Below, piece after piece: positions 1 through 13,447 of a stretch of DNA of 64,000 bases; the stretch's first letter is position 1, and the number at the start of each line of letters is the position of its first letter. The stretch comes from Eledone cirrhosa (Eukaryota). Where the stretch lies: assembly GCA_964016885.1 (NCBI GenBank), contig OZ024741.1, forward strand, positions 402,194,001 through 402,258,000. Reading direction: 5' to 3'. Under the pieces are notes generated by a model that ran no database searches, was not told where the DNA came from, and saw nothing but the letters and a program-made list of their open reading frames with translations. Made by a program: the position numbers and the translations under genes.

Positions 1-466
1 ACAAACCTGTCAAAAGGCAAAGGAGCTCTTAAGAGTCAATGGCCATCCAAAATCACCGGGAGAGATGACCCCTTAGCCTTTGTCAAGGCAGAATTCTAGG
101 AGAAGAAAACTCTGATATAACACCTGCAACCCTGATGGTATCCAATGATGTTGACTTGTTCTTCTTTTTGGTAAATATCATCTTGGTTAAGAGAGTGGGA
201 CTGGCTTTGTGCAGTGCCTTTGCTCACTATAAAAGCTTCACGGCACAGGCATTGCTTTATATCTGGAGATCTCTCTGCATTTGTCGTCACATGGTACCAT
301 GGGCCCAGCACTATGTGTCAATAATTGTCACAAGTGTAGTGTTTGTACCAGAGCTTTCAAGTCGCTGGCTGGACTAAAAAGTCACACTCGTTCAGCGCAT
401 CAGTAGGGGTTCTCCTACATGGATATAAAGTAGTGGCCGTACTCGAAAACGAGTTGGCAGCCACCA
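1..466 (+). mobile_element. Bipartite non-autonomous RTE-derived retroposon, copy 1 (cut by window edge)
   Basis: Near-identical to 1557-1965 and ~5780-6244. Contains RTE 5'UTR-like motif GGAGAAG(G)AAAACTCTGA and a C-terminal C2H2 remnant [24 protein letters not shown] (332-406), then runs into (ATGT)/(AT) array. Confidence 0.7.
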
Positions 467-698
467 TGTATATATATATATATATATGTGTATGTATATG
501 TATATATATATATATGTATGTATATATATATATATGTATATATGTATGTATATATATATATATGTATATATGTATGTATATATATATATGTATATATGTA
601 TGTATATATATATATATGTATATATGTATGTATATATATATATATGTATGTATATATATATATGTATATATGTATGTATATATATATATATATGTATG

Positions 699-729
<31 letters not shown>

Positions 730-834
730 GTATATATATATATATGTATGTATATATATATATATGTATGTATATATATATATATGTATGTATATATATA
801 TATGTATGTATATATATATATATATATATGTATG

Positions 835-865
<31 letters not shown>

Positions 866-926
866 ATATATATGTATGTATATATATATATGTATATATA
901 TATGTATGTATATATATATATATGTG

Positions 927-957
<31 letters not shown>

Positions 958-972
958 GTATATATATATGTA

Positions 973-1006
<34 letters not shown>

Positions 1007-1323
1007 TGTATGTATATATATATATATGTATATATATATGTATATATATATATATATGTATATATATATGTATGTATGTATATATATATATATATGTATA
1101 TATATATGTATGTATGTATATATATATGTATGTATATATGTATGTATGTATATATATATATATGTATGTATATATATATATATGTATGTATATATGTATG
1201 TATGTATGTATATATGTATGTATGTATATATGTATGTATATATATATATATATATGTATGTATATATATATATATGTATGTATATATATATATATGTATG
1301 TATATATATATATATGTATGTAT

Positions 1324-1364
<41 letters not shown>

Positions 1365-1410
1365 TATATGTATGTATATATATATATATGTATGTATATA
1401 TGTATGTATG

Positions 1411-1443
<33 letters not shown>

Positions 1444-1556
1444 GTATATATATATATATGTATGTATATATATATGTATGTATATATGTATGTATGTATG
1501 TATATATATATATATGTATGTATATATATATGTATGTATGTATATATATATGTATT
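467..1556. repeat. (TA)n microsatellite with TATG interruptions
   Basis: Directly visible. Confidence 0.98.
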
Positions 1557-1965
1557 GGGAGAGATGACCCTTAGCCTTTGTCAAGGCAGAATTCTAAGAG
1601 AAGGAAAACTCTGATATAACACCTGCAACCCTGATGGTATCCAATGATGTTGACTTATTCTTCTTTTTGGTAAATATCATCTTGGTTAAGAGAGTGGGAC
1701 TGGCTTTGTGCAGTGCCTTTGCTCACTATAAAAGCTTCACGGCACAGGCATTGCTTTATATCTGGAGATCTCTCTACACTTGTCGTCACATGGTACCAAA
1801 GGCCCAACACTATGTGTCAATAATTGTCACAGGTGTAGTGTTTGTACCAGAGTTTTCAAGTCGCTGGCTGGACTAAAAGTCACACTTGTTTAGCGCATCG
1901 GTAGGGGTTCTCCTACATGGATATAAAGTAGTGGCCGTACTCGAAAACGAGTTGGCAGCCACCAT
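1557..1965 (+). mobile_element. Bipartite non-autonomous RTE retroposon, copy 2 (5'-truncated)
   Basis: Starts at GGGAGAGATGACCC; same 3' end GGCAGCCACCATGTA as copies 1 and 3. Confidence 0.7.
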
Positions 1966-2065
1966 GTATATATATTATGTATGTATGTATATATATATAT
2001 ATATATGTATGTATATATATATGTATGTATGTATATATATATATGTATGTATATATATATGTATG

Positions 2066-2149
<84 letters not shown>

Positions 2150-2209
2150 TGTATGTATATATATATGTATGTATATATATATGTATGTATATATATATAT
2201 GTATGTATG

Positions 2210-2240
<31 letters not shown>

Positions 2241-2721
2241 GTATGTATATATATATGTATGTATATATATATATATGTATGTATATATATATATGTATGT
2301 ATATATATATATGTATGTATATATATATATATGTATGTATATATATATATATGTATGTATATATATATGTATGTATGTATATATATATGTATGTATATAT
2401 ATATGTATGTATATATATATATATGTATGTATATATATATATGTATGTATATATATATATATGTATGTATATATATGTATATATATATATGTATGTATAT
2501 ATATATATGTATGTATATATATATATGTATGTATATATATATATATATGTATATATATATGTATGTATATATATATATATGTATGTATATATATATATAT
2601 ATGTATATATATATGTATGTATATATATATGTATGTATATATATATGTATGTATATATATATGTATGTATATATATATATGTATGTATATATATATGTAT
2701 GTATATATATATATATGTATG

Positions 2722-2770
<49 letters not shown>

Positions 2771-2880
2771 GTATATATATGTATATGTATGTATATATAT
2801 ATATATATATGTTATATATATATGTATGTATATATATATGTATGTATATATATATGTATGTATATATATATATATGTATG

Positions 2881-2911
<31 letters not shown>

Positions 2912-2916
2912 GTATG

Positions 2917-2965
<49 letters not shown>

Positions 2966-2992
2966 GTATATATATGTATATGTATATATATG

Positions 2993-3023
<31 letters not shown>

Positions 3024-3172
3024 GTATGTATATATATATGTATGTATATATATTTATATGTATATATATATGTATGTATATATATATATATGTATGTATG
3101 TATATATATATATATGTATGTATATATATATGTATGTATATATATATATATGTATGTATATATATATGTATG

Positions 3173-3203
<31 letters not shown>

Positions 3204-3394
3204 ATATATATATGTATGTATGTATATATATATATATGTATGTATGTATATATATATATGTATGTATGTATATATATATATATATGTATGTATGTATATA
3301 TATATGTATGTATGTATATATATATATATGTATGTATATATATATATATGTATGTATATATATATATATGTATGTATATATATATATATGTATG

Positions 3395-3431
<37 letters not shown>

Positions 3432-3847
3432 GTATGTATGTATATATATATATATGTATGTATATATGTATGTATGTATATATATGTATATATGTATGTA
3501 TGTATATATATATATGTATGTATATATATATATATGTATGTATATATGTATGTATATATGTATGTATGTATATATATATATATGTATGTATATATGTATG
3601 TATGTATATATATATATATGTATGTATATATATATGTATGTATATATATATGTATGTATATATATATATATGTATGTATATATGTATATATGTATGTATA
3701 TATGTATGTATGTATATATAATATATATGTATGTATATATATATGTATATATATATATATGTATGTATATATATATGTATGTATATATATATATGTATGT
3801 ATATATATATGTATGTATATATATATGTATGTATATATATATGTATG

Positions 3848-3880
<33 letters not shown>

Positions 3881-3991
3881 GTATATATATATGTATGTAT
3901 GTATATATGTATGTATGTATATATATATGTATGTATGTATATATATATGTATGTATGTATATATATATATATATGTATGTATATATATATG

Positions 3992-4036
<45 letters not shown>

Positions 4037-4145
4037 ATATATATGTATGTATATATATATGTATGTATATATATATGTATGTATATATATATGTATGTAT
4101 ATATATATATATGTATATATATATGTATGTATGTATATATATATG

Positions 4146-4178
<33 letters not shown>

Positions 4179-4197
4179 GTATGTATATATATATATG

Positions 4198-4239
<42 letters not shown>

Positions 4240-4276
4240 ATGTATATATATGTATGTATATATATATATATGTATG

Positions 4277-4329
<53 letters not shown>

Positions 4330-4396
4330 GTATATACATATATATATGTATATATATATATATGTATATATATATGTATATATATATATATGTATG

Positions 4397-4487
<91 letters not shown>

Positions 4488-4488
4488 G

Positions 4489-4553
<65 letters not shown>

Positions 4554-5262
4554 GTATGTATATGTATATATATATATGTATGTATATGTATATATATATA
4601 TGTATGTATATGTATATATATATATGTATGTATATGTATATATATATGTATGTATATGTATATATATATATGTATGTATATGTATATATATATATGTATA
4701 TGTATATGTATATATATATGTATATATATATATATGTATGTATATGTATATGTATATATATATGTATATGTATGTATATGTATATGTATATATATATGTA
4801 TGTATATGTATATGTATATATATATGTATATGTATATATATATATATGTATAATGTATATATATATATATGTATGTATATGTATATATATATATGTATGT
4901 ATATGTATATATATATATATGTATGTATATGTATATATATATATGTATGTATATGTATATATATTATATGTATATATATATATGTATGTATATGTATGTA
5001 TATGTATATATATATATTATATATATATATGTATGTATATGTATGTATATGTATATATATATATGTATGTATATGTATGTATATGTATATATATATATGT
5101 ATATATATATATGTATGTATATGTATGTATATGTATATATATATATGTATGTATATGTATGTATATGTATATATATATATGTATATATATATATGTATGT
5201 ATATATATATATGTATATGTATGTATATGTATATATATATATGTATATATATATATGTATGT

Positions 5263-5303
<41 letters not shown>

Positions 5304-5644
5304 TATGTATGTATATATATATATGTATATATATATATGTATGTATATATATATATGTATGTATATATATATATGTATGTATATATATATGTATGTATAT
5401 GTATGTATATATATATATGTATATATATATATGTATGTATATATATATATGTATATGTATGTATATATATATGTATGTATATGTATGTATATATATATAT
5501 GTATATGTATGTATATGTATGTATATATATATGTATGTATATGTATGTATATATATATATGTATATGTATGTATATGTATATATATATGTATGTATATGT
5601 ATGTATATATATATATGTATATGTATATATATGTATATGTATGT
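1966..5644. repeat. 3.7-kb (TA)n/(TATG)n/(TATATG)n compound microsatellite
   Basis: Directly visible. Confidence 0.98.
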
Positions 5645-6244
5645 CAGGTCACCAGTTGGTGCTACTGGTAACATGTATCCCAGTACAACCTGTCCCATGG
5701 TCGGGTCGTTGGCGACTAAACTGGCAACCCCACCAAGGTTTCTTGGTGAGGAGGGTGACTTTGGACATCCTGCAGGACTAAAAACAAAACCTGGCAAAGG
5801 AGCTCTTAAGAGTCAATGGCCATCCAAAATCACCGGGAGAGATGACCCCTTAGCCTTTGTCAAGGCAGAATTCTAAGAGAAGGAAAACTCTGATATAACA
5901 CCTGCAACCCTGATGGTATCCAATGATGTTGACTTATTCTTCTTTTTGGTAAATATCATCTTGGTTAAGAGAGTGGGACTGGCTTTGTGCAGTGCCTTTG
6001 CTCACTATAAAAGCTTCACGGCACAGGCATTGCTTTATATCTGGAGATCTCTCTACACTTGTCGTCACATGGTACCAAGGGCCCAACACTATGTGTCAAT
6101 AATTGTCACAGGTGTAGTGTTTGTACCAGAGTTTTCAAGTCGCTGGCTGGACTAAAAGTCACACTTGTTTAGCGCATCGGTAGGGGTTCTCCTACATGGA
6201 TATAAAGTAGTGGCCGTACTCGAAAACGAGTTGGCAGCCACCAT
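5645..6244 (+). mobile_element. Bipartite non-autonomous RTE retroposon, copy 3 (longest, ~600 bp)
   Basis: Extends 5' of copies 1 and 2; structured 5' part, ZnF remnant (frameshifted by one A), ATGT-rich tail. Confidence 0.7.
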
Positions 6245-7133
6245 GTATATGTATGTATATGTATATATATATATGTATGTATATGTATGTATATATATAT
6301 GTATGTATATGTATGTATATGTATATATATATATGTATGTATATGTATGTATATATATATGTATGTATATGTATGTATATGTATATGTATGTATATGTAT
6401 GTATATGTATGTATATATATATGTATGTATATATATATGTATGTATATGTATGTATATATATATATATATATATGTACATATATATATATATATATATGT
6501 ATGTATATATATATATATATATGTACATATATATATATATATATATGTATGTATATGTATGTATATATATATATATATGTACATATATATATGTATGTAT
6601 ATGTATGTATATATATATATATATATGTACATATATATATATATATATATGTATGTATATGTATGTATATATATGTACATATATATATATATATATATGT
6701 ATGTATATGTATGTATATATATGTATATATATGTATATATATGTATATATATGTATATATATGTATATATATGTATATATATGTATGTATATATATGTAT
6801 ATATATGTATGTATATATATGTATATATATGTATGTATATATATGTATATATATGTATATATATATATGTATATATATGTATATATATATATGTATATAT
6901 ATGTATATATATGTATATATATATATGTATATATATGTATATATATGTATATATATGTATATATATATATGTATATATATGTATGTATATATGTATGTAT
7001 ATATATATGTATATATATGTATGTATATATATATGTATATATATGTATATATATGTATGTATATATATATGTATATATATGTATGTATATATATATATGT
7101 ATATATATGTATATATATATATGAATATATATG

Positions 7134-7198
<65 letters not shown>

Positions 7199-7199
7199 G

Positions 7200-7236
<37 letters not shown>

Positions 7237-7237
7237 G

Positions 7238-7274
<37 letters not shown>

Positions 7275-7415
7275 GTATATATATATGTATATATATATAT
7301 GTATATATATGTATGTATATATATGTATATATATATATGTATATATATATATGTATATATATGTATATATATATATGTATATATATATATGTATATATAT
7401 GTATATATATATATG

Positions 7416-7466
<51 letters not shown>

Positions 7467-7817
7467 GTATATATATGTATATGTATATATATGTATATAT
7501 ATATGTATATATATATATGTATATATATATATGTATATATATATATGTATATATATGTATATATATATATGTATATATATATATGTATATATATATATGT
7601 ATATATATGTATATATATATATGTATATATATGTATATATATATATATGTATATATATGTATATATATGTATATATATGTATATATATATATGTATATAT
7701 ATGTATATATATATATGTATATATATGTATATGTATATATATGTATATATATGTATATGTATATATATGTATATATATATATATGTATATATATGTATAT
7801 ATATATATGTATATATA
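6245..7817. repeat. (TA)n/(TATG) compound microsatellite
   Basis: Directly visible. Confidence 0.98.
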
Positions 7818-7942
7818 TCATCATCATCATCATCATCATCACCGTTTTACGTCCGTTCTTCCACGCTAGCATGGGTTAGACGGGTTGTCCTGTTGTGGGC
7901 AGTGTCTGGTCGGCTGACCATGCCTTGCTCATACAGGAACTG
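7818..7942 (-). mobile_element. RTE family B 3' tip (~125 bp) with (GAT)n tail
   Basis: Reverse complement of 25247-25341. Confidence 0.9.
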
Positions 7943-7996
7943 TATATATATATGTATATATATATATGTATATATATATATGTATATATATGTATA

Positions 7997-10603
7997 TCAT
8001 CATCATCATCATCAACGTTTAACGTCCGTGTTCCACGCTTGCATGGGTTTGGACGGGGGTAGTCCCACTTGAGGCAAGAGTGATTGTCTTGCTCGCATAG
8101 GACTGTCTGGCAGGTTTTCTACAGTTGGATGCCCTTCCTAACACCAACCACATTTACAGTGTGGGTCTGGGAGGTTTTTACCGTGTTGCCTACACGGCCA
8201 CATTACAGCGTGGACTGTGTGTTTTTTTGTCGTGACACCTACACGATCTCATTTGTTTCGGCCTGGATGGCGCGGCACCAACATAACTTTACATAGAACG
8301 GGGTGGTGTGGATGGGGTGGGGGTGGTGGCGGGACGGGGTGTATTTTGTTAGAGATGCCTACTGGCAAGGCGGGTCTTCTCTGTTACTGAGTACCGCCAA
8401 AGGTCTCGGTCCAGTGACATTGTCTTGGAGAGGTGTAAGTGTGTGAGGTCGGAGTTTATCAGCTCGTCCCAGGTTTTTCTAGGTCTGCCTATTCCGTGAC
8501 TACCGTCTATCTTTATTGCCCTGCACTTTGTTATACAGCTATCGACTTTCATGCGCATCACGTGTCCATACCAACGTAGCCTTCTCTCGAGTAAACAACA
8601 TCTGATCCCTCTTATCTCTAATTTTTTCCTTAGTTCGTTTATGCTTTGCCGTTCACGTATATTACTGTTACACATCCAGCGTAGCATGCAAGCTTTGTTC
8701 CTCTCTAGTCTGCATATATCCTCTGCACATAATGCCCAGGTCTCACTGCCATGCAGCATTGCTGTTCGTATGCAGGCATCGTACAACCTGCCTTTCATTT
8801 TTAGTGAGAACCCTTTAGCAGCTAATAGTGGTATAAGCTCTCTGAACTTTTTCCAACCAGTTCTGACTCTAGCTACAGTACTTTCAGAGCACCCTCCCCC
8901 ACTGCTGATTTTATCGCCCAGGTAACGGAAGCTGTCCACTATTTCTATAGAACCCTCTGCGCAATTGAAAGAGCTAGTATTTTGTGGGCACTTGCTGCTA
9001 CTTATTGCAGCAGAGCACCGGCCACATGTAAAATCTATGTTCTTAGTTAGCTTACCTGTGATCCCACTACATCTTTTATGCACCCATACTTTGCATTTAG
9101 GACATAAAATGGAGTTTCTACCTACGCCTTTCCTACACACCGAGCACGACCATTTCCCAGAAGGGACCGCCGCCTTGTTTTCTTTCCTACAAACTAGTAC
9201 TTTGGTCTTAGCCAGGTTAATTTTAAGTCCTTTTGACTCTAGGCCGTGCTTCCATGTTTGGAATTTCTTCTCTAGCTCGGCCATTGATTCCGCTATGAGT
9301 GTCAGGTCGTCTGCGTATAGGAGTTCCCATGGACAGCCTGTCTTGAACTCCTCTGTTATAGCCTGAAGGGCAATAATAAATAGTAGTGGGCTGAGAACAG
9401 AGCCCTGATGGACGCCAACTTTTACGCTAAACTCTTCACTATATTCGTTGTTAATTCTAACCTTGCTGACTGTTTCTTTATACATGGCTTGTATAGCCCT
9501 CACAAGCCATTCGTCAACGCCTAGTTTTCTAAGAGCCCACCAGATAATGGAGCGGGGGACTCTGTCGAAGGCTTTCTCCAAGTCGACAAAAGCTAAGTAG
9601 AGGGGTTTACCTTTAGCTAGGTACTTCTCCTGTAGTTGTCGTACTATGAAAAGAGCGTCTGTGGTACCTTTGCCTGACACAAACCCGAACTGCATTTCAT
9701 CTAGGTCAATTCTCTCTCTGATTAGTTGTGCTATTACTTTTTCCGTGACCTTCATGACCTGGTCGATTAATTTAATGCCTCTATAGTTACTCCTATCTAG
9801 GGCGTCTCCTTTACCCTTATAACAGTTAACGATGATGCTGCTATGCCAGTCCTTCGGAACAACCCCATTCTGTACGACTTGGTTAACTATGCGGGTGACC
9901 ATGGTGTGTCCCACCGTGCCAGATGCCTTCAGCATCTCAGCAACTATTTCCGAAGGCCCAGCCGCCTTACCCGTCTTCATATCCTTGATTGCCTTACTTA
10001 TTATACTCCCCTCGACTAACACTGCTGGTCCCTCTATTGGGTCGATATGTGGGAGACTGTCTTTCTCCCATTTATTCTCCTCATTTAGTAGCCTTTCATA
10101 GTGACACTTCCAAGCTACCTTCTTATCAGCGTCGGTGATGGCAAGTGTGCCATCGTCGTTTAGTACACACTTCTCCCCGACAATATCACGGTTTTCCTTG
10201 ACGCATTGCCTAGCAATCCTGAACACCTCACGTTTTTGGTCATCGCGTTGTAGAACATGCTTGAACTTTCTTTCCTCAGCTTCCCTTCTTGCTAAGTACA
10301 CTTGTCTCCTAGCTTCCCTCCTGGCCACTTGATAGTCCTCTCTACTTCCCCCATCCCGCCATACTTTCCAAGCCTGCTTTTTGGCCTTAATTGACCCCTC
10401 CACCTTACTGTTCCACCACCATGTTACTCTCCTCCTGCCTACAGGCCTGCTCCAGCCACAGACTTCGTCTGTCGCCAACAGCAGGTTTGCTTTCAGAAAT
10501 TCCCACTCTCCCTCTATATTGTCCGACTCTAAATGTTCTTCCTTACTGTCGAAAGCATCAAGTAATATGCTTTGAAATTTATTCCTGGCTGTGGGGTCCT
10601 TTA
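7997..10603 (-). mobile_element. RTE LINE family A (subfamily A1), 5'-truncated
   Basis: (GAT)n tail at 7997-8013, 3'UTR and uninterrupted RT frame; flanked by TA arrays. Confidence 0.95.
8349..10601 (-). CDS. RTE reverse transcriptase (N-truncated, no endonuclease) with internal PHD-type finger
   Basis: Motifs [55 protein letters not shown]. Frame is open back to KDPTARNKFQ at 10601. Confidence 0.92.
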   Translation of the reverse strand, partial: KDPTARNKFQSILLDAFDSKEEHLESDNIEGEWEFLKANLLLATDEVCGWSRPVGRRRVTWWWNSKVEGSIKAKKQAWKVWRDGGSREDYQVARREARRQVYLARREAEERKFKHVLQRDDQKREVFRIARQCVKENRDIVGEKCVLNDDGTLAITDADKKVAWKCHYERLLNEENKWEKDSLPHIDPIEGPAVLVEGSIISKAIKDMKTGKAAGPSEIVAEMLKASGTVGHTMVTRIVNQVVQNGVVPKDWHSSIIVNCYKGKGDALDRSNYRGIKLIDQVMKVTEKVIAQLIRERIDLDEMQFGFVSGKGTTDALFIVRQLQEKYLAKGKPLYLAFVDLEKAFDRVPRSIIWWALRKLGVDEWLVRAIQAMYKETVSKVRINNEYSEEFSVKVGVHQGSVLSPLLFIIALQAITEEFKTGCPWELLYADDLTLIAESMAELEKKFQTWKHGLESKGLKINLAKTKVLVCRKENKAAVPSGKWSCSVCRKGVGRNSILCPKCKVWVHKRCSGITGKLTKNIDFTCGRCSAAISSSKCPQNTSSFNCAEGSIEIVDSFRYLGDKISSGGGCSESTVARVRTGWKKFRELIPLLAAKGFSLKMKGRLYDACIRTAMLHGSETWALCAEDICRLERNKACMLRWMCNSNIRERQSINELRKKLEIRGIRCCLLERRLRWYGHVMRMKVDSCITKCRAIKIDGSHGIGRPRKTWDELINSDLTHLHLSKTMSLDRDLWRYSVTEKTRLASRHL

Positions 10604-10769
10604 TATATATATTTATATATATATATTTATATATATATATTTATATATTTATATATATATATTTATATATATATTTATATATATATATATATTTATATAT
10701 ATATTTATATATATATTTATATATTTATATTTATATATATATTTATATATATATTTATATTTATATATA

Positions 10770-11056
10770 TCTATCTATCTATCTATCTATCTAAGGCGGG
10801 TAAAATTCCCGAGATACATGGACGAGTTCTCTCCAGCGGTCTCTGTCCCTCATTATCGCTGCCATGTCCTGCATCTCCAAGAGACCAGTGTCTGTCCTTA
10901 GGGCATTAACATACGTTAACCTTGGTCTTCCTCTTCTAGTGTGTCCATGTAGAGGCTCCCAAAGGAGCACCGAGTGCAATGTCAACTCTGGATGTCGGTG
11001 AGCATGTCCAACTAACCCCAGTCTCCTCTGTGTCACTTTTGACCTGACTTTTGGTA
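10770..11056 (-). mobile_element. RTE family D 3' fragment with (TAGA)n tail
   Basis: Near-identical to 13448-13725; RRLGLVGH...RGRPRLTY. Confidence 0.9.
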
Positions 11057-11179
11057 TATATATTTATATATAATTAAGTTATTTATATATATTTATATAT
11101 ATATTTATATATATTTATATATATATTTATATATATATATTTATATATATATTTATATATATTTATATATTTATATATA

Positions 11180-12133
11180 TTTATTAAAATAACAGATTAA
11201 AGTTTAAGCAAAGAATCGTTGCTTTCACTTAACGGGATCTTCTGAAACTAACAAAGTCAATCTGTAAACGCAGAACTGGATATTTCAAAAAACGTTGCAA
11301 CCGGAGGAAGACAGGAAGACGATACTTTGGTTCGTGGTAACGTTCGCTGGCAAAGAACGGGAAAAAACGAATAATAGGAGCGGTGAAAAACAATTACGCG
11401 CAAAGGCAAAACCACGTTTATGGTATAAAAGAGGTCGTAGACTAATGTTCTCTTAGGTGGTGCATAGAGACGTTCTCTGGCAATGAACGAAAAAACGAAG
11501 ATAATAAGTCATATGTGGAGCGTGGAGAACAATAGCACGCAAAGACAAAACCACGTAAATGGTATAGCAGAAGTCGTAGACTAAAATTCTAACTAGGAGA
11601 CCAAATGAATCTCCGCTACAGAGTTAAGAACAAAGTAAATAAATACAATACAGAAGTAATAGGAACAAATAAATACATACACGCAAACAGATACATACAT
11701 ACACAAGCATACGCAAAACCTTACCAAGAGTATACAAAACCACGCACATATAAATATGTGTGTGTGTGTATGCTTGTGTACAAATAAATAAATAATTATA
11801 TAAACGTATATAAGTAAATAAATACGTATGTAACAAGCGCACACGCATACCTACATATAAATACACGAATGTTCGGAGACGTAAGTCAACTAAAACAAGA
11901 AGTACACATATACATACACCCACCATACGTACGAACCTGCACACTCACGCGGACGCAAAACTCCCGTATACACATAGCCAAACCCTAAATACCAGAATAT
12001 GTAAAAATTATACGCTATAACAGTCAAATATACGTACGAGAAGGTATACATAACTTCACAAAACATACGGGTAATATATACTTAGCTATGCAAATAAGTA
12101 AAGGAATAAACAAAACATATACTTAGCTCCCAC
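11180..12133 (-). mobile_element. Unclassified interspersed repeat, possibly Penelope-like terminal region
   Basis: 11181-11228 is the reverse complement of 28413-28461, ending in AATAAA plus TA array. Diverged internal direct repeat at ~11340-11445 / 11471-11585. Confidence 0.4.
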
Positions 12134-12182
12134 ATATATATTTATATATATTTATATATTTATATATTTATATATATATATA

Positions 12183-12253
<71 letters not shown>

Positions 12254-12278
12254 TTATATATATTTATATATATATATT

Positions 12279-12309
<31 letters not shown>

Positions 12310-12315
12310 TTATAT

Positions 12316-12820
12316 ATGGAGACAAGCTACTGGGAGAGGCTAAAGGAACTGAACCTCTACTCCTTGGAGCAAAGACGGGAGAGATACGCAGTGATCTACA
12401 TGTGGAAAATCCTGGAGAGACTAGCACCAAACTTTGGCATTGGGAGCTGGACCAACCGTCGAACAGGACGTCACTGTGTGGTGCCAAAGGTCCCGTCTTC
12501 CACATCTAGAATAAGGAGCAGGTATTGCAATAGCCTGGGATTCAAGGGCCCTCAACTCTTCAACAGGCTGCCGAGGCATCTGCGAGACTTGCATGACGTG
12601 GAGGTGGATGTCTTTAAGAAGCATCTCGACACCTTGTTATCCAGGATCCCGGATGAGCCCACAGCAAGACACGAGGGAAACCTAAGGGCAGCAGCAACAA
12701 AATCCCTCCTACACCAGTGGCCAGCCTATACAGGCTGGAGATAAAATGTGTAGCAACAAGGGCGGTGCCCCAGCATGGCCTCAGCCGGATGGCTGAAACA
12801 GGTAAAAGAGTAAAAGAGTA
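12316..12820 (+). mobile_element. CR1/L2-type LINE 3' fragment
   Basis: [20 protein letters not shown]...FKKHLD; 3' hairpin and (AAAGAGT) tail; second copy at 22107-23080. Confidence 0.88.
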
Positions 12821-12850
12821 TATATATATTTATATATATATATATATATT

Positions 12851-12924
<74 letters not shown>

Positions 12925-12950
12925 CATATATATATATATATATATATATT

Positions 12951-13030
<80 letters not shown>

Positions 13031-13077
13031 CATATATATTTATATATATATAAATATATATTTATATATATATATAT

Positions 13078-13346
13078 AGGAGACTGAGGTGGTATGGACA
13101 TGTGATGCGCATGGAGGATGACCGATGGGTGAAGAAGTGCCAGGAAATGCCAGTTGAAGGAAGACGTGGTAGAGGTAGACCACGAAAAACATGGGCGGAG
13201 GTGGTGAGAACAGACCTCAGATCATTGAAGCTCACGGTGGAGATGACGAGGGACCGTGACGAGTGGAGAGATGCTGTGCTGAATAAGACCCGTCCCACCC
13301 TTGCAAGCAGGGAAAAGCGGACGTAAAATGATGATGATGATGATGA
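13078..13346 (+). mobile_element. RTE family C 3' fragment with (GAT)n tail
   Basis: [13 protein letters not shown]...GRGRPRKTW; last ~45 nt match the SINE tail. Confidence 0.9.
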
Positions 13347-13447
13347 TTTATATATATATAAATATATATTTATTTATATATATTTATTTATATATATTTA
13401 TATATATATATTTATATATATATATATTTATATATATATATATATAT

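Noticed and set aside
135-377. 80-aa ORF conserved in all three copies of the bipartite element
   Set aside because: The copies are too similar for ORF retention to be informative; the recognisable C2H2 motif is in another frame.
343-7879. Long ORFs of Y/I/M/V/C/H/T repeats (also 20740-21831, 22796-26463, 27645-29051, 50939-55436, 57456-58534)
   Set aside because: Stop-free translations of TA/TG microsatellites, open in most frames; no coding signal.
8551-10575. Plus-strand ORFs opposite the RT, repeated for each copy
   Set aside because: Antisense shadows of the RT frame.
10581-10603. Apparent non-templated or captured 20-nt insert at an RTE 5' junction
   Set aside because: It translates in frame (KDPTARN), homologous to family B KVPSTSN, so it is element sequence.
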